From an uncultured Bacteroidia bacterium (GTDB lineage Bacteria; Bacteroidota; Bacteroidia; J057; CALAJH01): 64,000 nucleotides of DNA. Position numbers and translations under genes: made by a program. Numbering within the stretch: the stretch's first letter is position 1; each line of letters starts with the position of its first letter. A model generated the notes under the pieces. The model searched no databases and was not told the DNA's origin. It saw only the letters and a list, made by a program, of their open reading frames with translations. The stretch lies in NCBI GenBank assembly GCA_937922655.1, contig CALAJH010000030.1, positions 64,107 to 128,106 on the forward strand, written 5' to 3'. Shown here piece by piece: positions 62,265 through 64,000 of the stretch.

Positions 62265-62535
62265 CCCTCCGGAAAATTCGATGGCAAGCGTATGTCAAAA
62301 AAAAATGGAGATTTTTACCGTCTAAATTGTCGGTTTTGGATAAGTCGCGCCGTTGTCGCAAAAGAGATTTCTCGACGTTTTTGCCAAAATTTCCAATAAG
62401 ACAATTCAAATTTTTATTTGGAAAAATTTTGATTGCGAATTACGGAGACCGAACGCCTCCGAATTAGCAACTTTTCATGGCGTATATCGCAACTTGAACC
62501 AAGCGAACGGAAAAAAAATAAATATAGATTCGGAT

Positions 62536-63408
62536 TCAAGACAACGGCGTGACGCCGTCGATTTTTTTTAATTTGGAGGATTTCTTTTCATAAATGGCCT
62601 GACGGGAAAACATTCCTTCTTCTTTAAGTATTGTTTCGACAAGTAGACGGTCGCCGCCGAGCGTTTCAAGTTCATCGAGACCGTGGGTTAGCAACTCCCG
62701 CCATTCGTTTTCTGTTTTCATGCATTCGATTGCGATACGGGACAATACTTGCAGGTCGCCCTCTATTTCCATTTTGTTGGCGGTTAGAATCGCGGCTTCA
62801 AGAGCACGGAGAAGATGAAGACAAGCCTGTTCAAATTTTCGTTGAAAAAGCAGTGCGTAAGCAAGTTCGTAACCGAAAATGGCAACGAGGTCGAGTCTTT
62901 TGTTTTTTTCCGAAATGTCAAATGCCCGGGACAATAAACGCTCGGCCTTCGGTATGTCTTCGCGATAACCCGTCATGGAAGCCACCCCGTAATTCAAAAG
63001 CACGTCCAACAAATAACTTTCGGCGCGTTTGTCGGTTTCGAATATTTTTAGGGCGTTGTCGTACAATTCCGAGGCAAAGGGGTAGTTTAGATAATTGTAA
63101 CACGTTGCAACGTTGTGTAAAAATCTGCCCCATCGGATTTTGTCTTTTTGAGGGGGGATTTTTCTTTTTGATGGTTTTTCGATAAAAAAATTAGGCGTTT
63201 TTTTGTCGTCCGCAACTACGTGGGCCAAAAGCAACGTCGGTGAAATTTCTGGAGATTCCCACGCCGCCAAAAGTTTATCGTGCGTCTCGAAATTCAAAAT
63301 TGGCCGATAACCGTTTCGATGGTTTTTGACTTCAACAACGTCCAAAGCCATCCATCGTCCTTTGGCGGTATGGAGCAGTTCGTCGAGGGTTAACGTTGCG
63401 GCTTTCAT
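62536..63408 (-). CDS. Hypothetical protein, helical and possibly TPR-like
   Basis: 290-aa ORF with its ATG at 63408. A -7 box (CAAATTTA on plus, 63461-63468) lies upstream. No motif is recognised. A hand-counted sample is about 45% GC. Confidence 0.6.
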   Translation of the reverse strand: MKAATLTLDELLHTAKGRWMALDVVEVKNHRNGYRPILNFETHDKLLAAWESPEISPTLLLAHVVADDKKTPNFFIEKPSKRKIPPQKDKIRWGRFLHNVATCYNYLNYPFASELYDNALKIFETDKRAESYLLDVLLNYGVASMTGYREDIPKAERLLSRAFDISEKNKRLDLVAIFGYELAYALLFQRKFEQACLHLLRALEAAILTANKMEIEGDLQVLSRIAIECMKTENEWRELLTHGLDELETLGGDRLLVETILKEEGMFSRQAIYEKKSSKLKKIDGVTPLS

Positions 63409-63642
63409 GGTCAATGCGGTATGAATGGAAGTTTACCCAAAAGTCTTTGTTTAGCGTGTGCAAATTTAAGTATATTTTCGTATTTCAAAAGCCCATGACG
63501 CTTTTCGGCGTTTGAAAATTTTGTCGCTATAAGCCGGCGAGCGACAGTTCCGTCAATCATCGGTGGTTGGAATATCCGTCCCCGTGCCGAATTGGCGACA
63601 AGGCTCAAAATTTTACTTTTCGTTCGTCCAACCGGATTCAAA

Positions 63643-64000
63643 TTAAAAGCTGATTGCAACCCCCAAAGTCGGAACGACGGGCAATTGGTCTACGCGTGCA
63701 TAGCGAATACGGTCGAAATAAAATATGTTCGCCCGATTGTAGACGTTGATGACGTTGGCGTTGAGTTCAAGCACGGCGCGTTCAAAGAGGCGAAAGCGGC
63801 GTTTGACCGACAAATCCAAGCGATGGTAAGACGGCAATCGTCCGCCGTTGTAGTCGGCGCTCAAAAGCACGCCCAGACTTCCGTTTTGGGTAACGACGTC
63901 GGTCGTCGTGCCTTCACGGACGTTGAAATTAATTTTTTCAAAAAAACCCTGCGTTTGGGTGAAAGGGAAGCCCGAACCATAGGTAAATCGACCGGAAAAC
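63643..64000 (-). CDS. TonB-dependent receptor / OMP beta-barrel, C-terminal fragment. The gene continues beyond the window end.
   Basis: The minus-strand frame is open from nt 63999 down to the stop at 63643. ...GGRLPSYHRLDLSVKRRF...NVYNRANIFYFD...PTLGVAISF is a typical TBDR C-terminus ending in Phe. Confidence 0.75.
   Translation of the reverse strand, partial: FSGRFTYGSGFPFTQTQGFFEKINFNVREGTTTDVVTQNGSLGVLLSADYNGGRLPSYHRLDLSVKRRFRLFERAVLELNANVINVYNRANIFYFDRIRYARVDQLPVVPTLGVAISF

Noticed and set aside
63411-63659. An 82-aa minus-strand ORF between the TonB-dependent receptor fragment and the 290-aa hypothetical gene.
   Set aside because: It overlaps the receptor 3' end by 17 nt. It also contains a good -7 box (63461-63468) for the downstream gene, so the region is better explained as intergenic promoter DNA.

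Overview
This is a 64-kb chromosomal segment from a Bacteroidota-type genome. Supporting signals are T9SS C-terminal sorting domains of type A and type B, SprB/CHU-type repeat adhesins, a PorW/SprE-like TPR lipoprotein, and TAnnTTTG -7 promoter boxes upstream of many genes. I can support about 45 protein genes and one tRNA-Leu(TAG). No rRNA, CRISPR array, transposase or integrase was seen. Most of the window is housekeeping or envelope functions: murA, asd, recQ, trhO, proline dehydrogenase, hbd, exbBD, a NuoN-like subunit, rhomboid, a hybrid histidine kinase, and several T9SS cargo proteins. The stand-out locus is 47.4-56.7 kb. There, an AT-richer gene encodes a sigma-54 enhancer-binding protein whose N-terminal domain resembles RtcR/CARF. 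It is divergently transcribed from a tightly coupled seven-gene operon: prokaryotic viperin (pVip), CMP-kinase-like kinase, small DUF4258-like ORF, GT4 glycosyltransferase, radical SAM/SPASM enzyme, nucleotidyltransferase-tyrosine phosphatase fusion, and NodU/TobZ-type carbamoyltransferase. The 220-bp divergent intergenic region carries three helically phased GGAAAT repeats and a near-consensus -24/-12 element about 40 nt upstream of the viperin start. I propose this as a candidate signal-inducible viperin-based nucleotide defence or biosynthesis system. Other notable items are listed below.
- Two tandem paralogous small ORFs are translationally coupled to recQ.
- A 1600-aa protein contains six CUB domains.
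- An approximately 85-aa dockerin-like C-terminal domain is shared by two secreted proteins that lack a T9SS CTD.
- The NuoN-like gene is monocistronic.
All family assignments come from motif recognition by eye. No database search was run.
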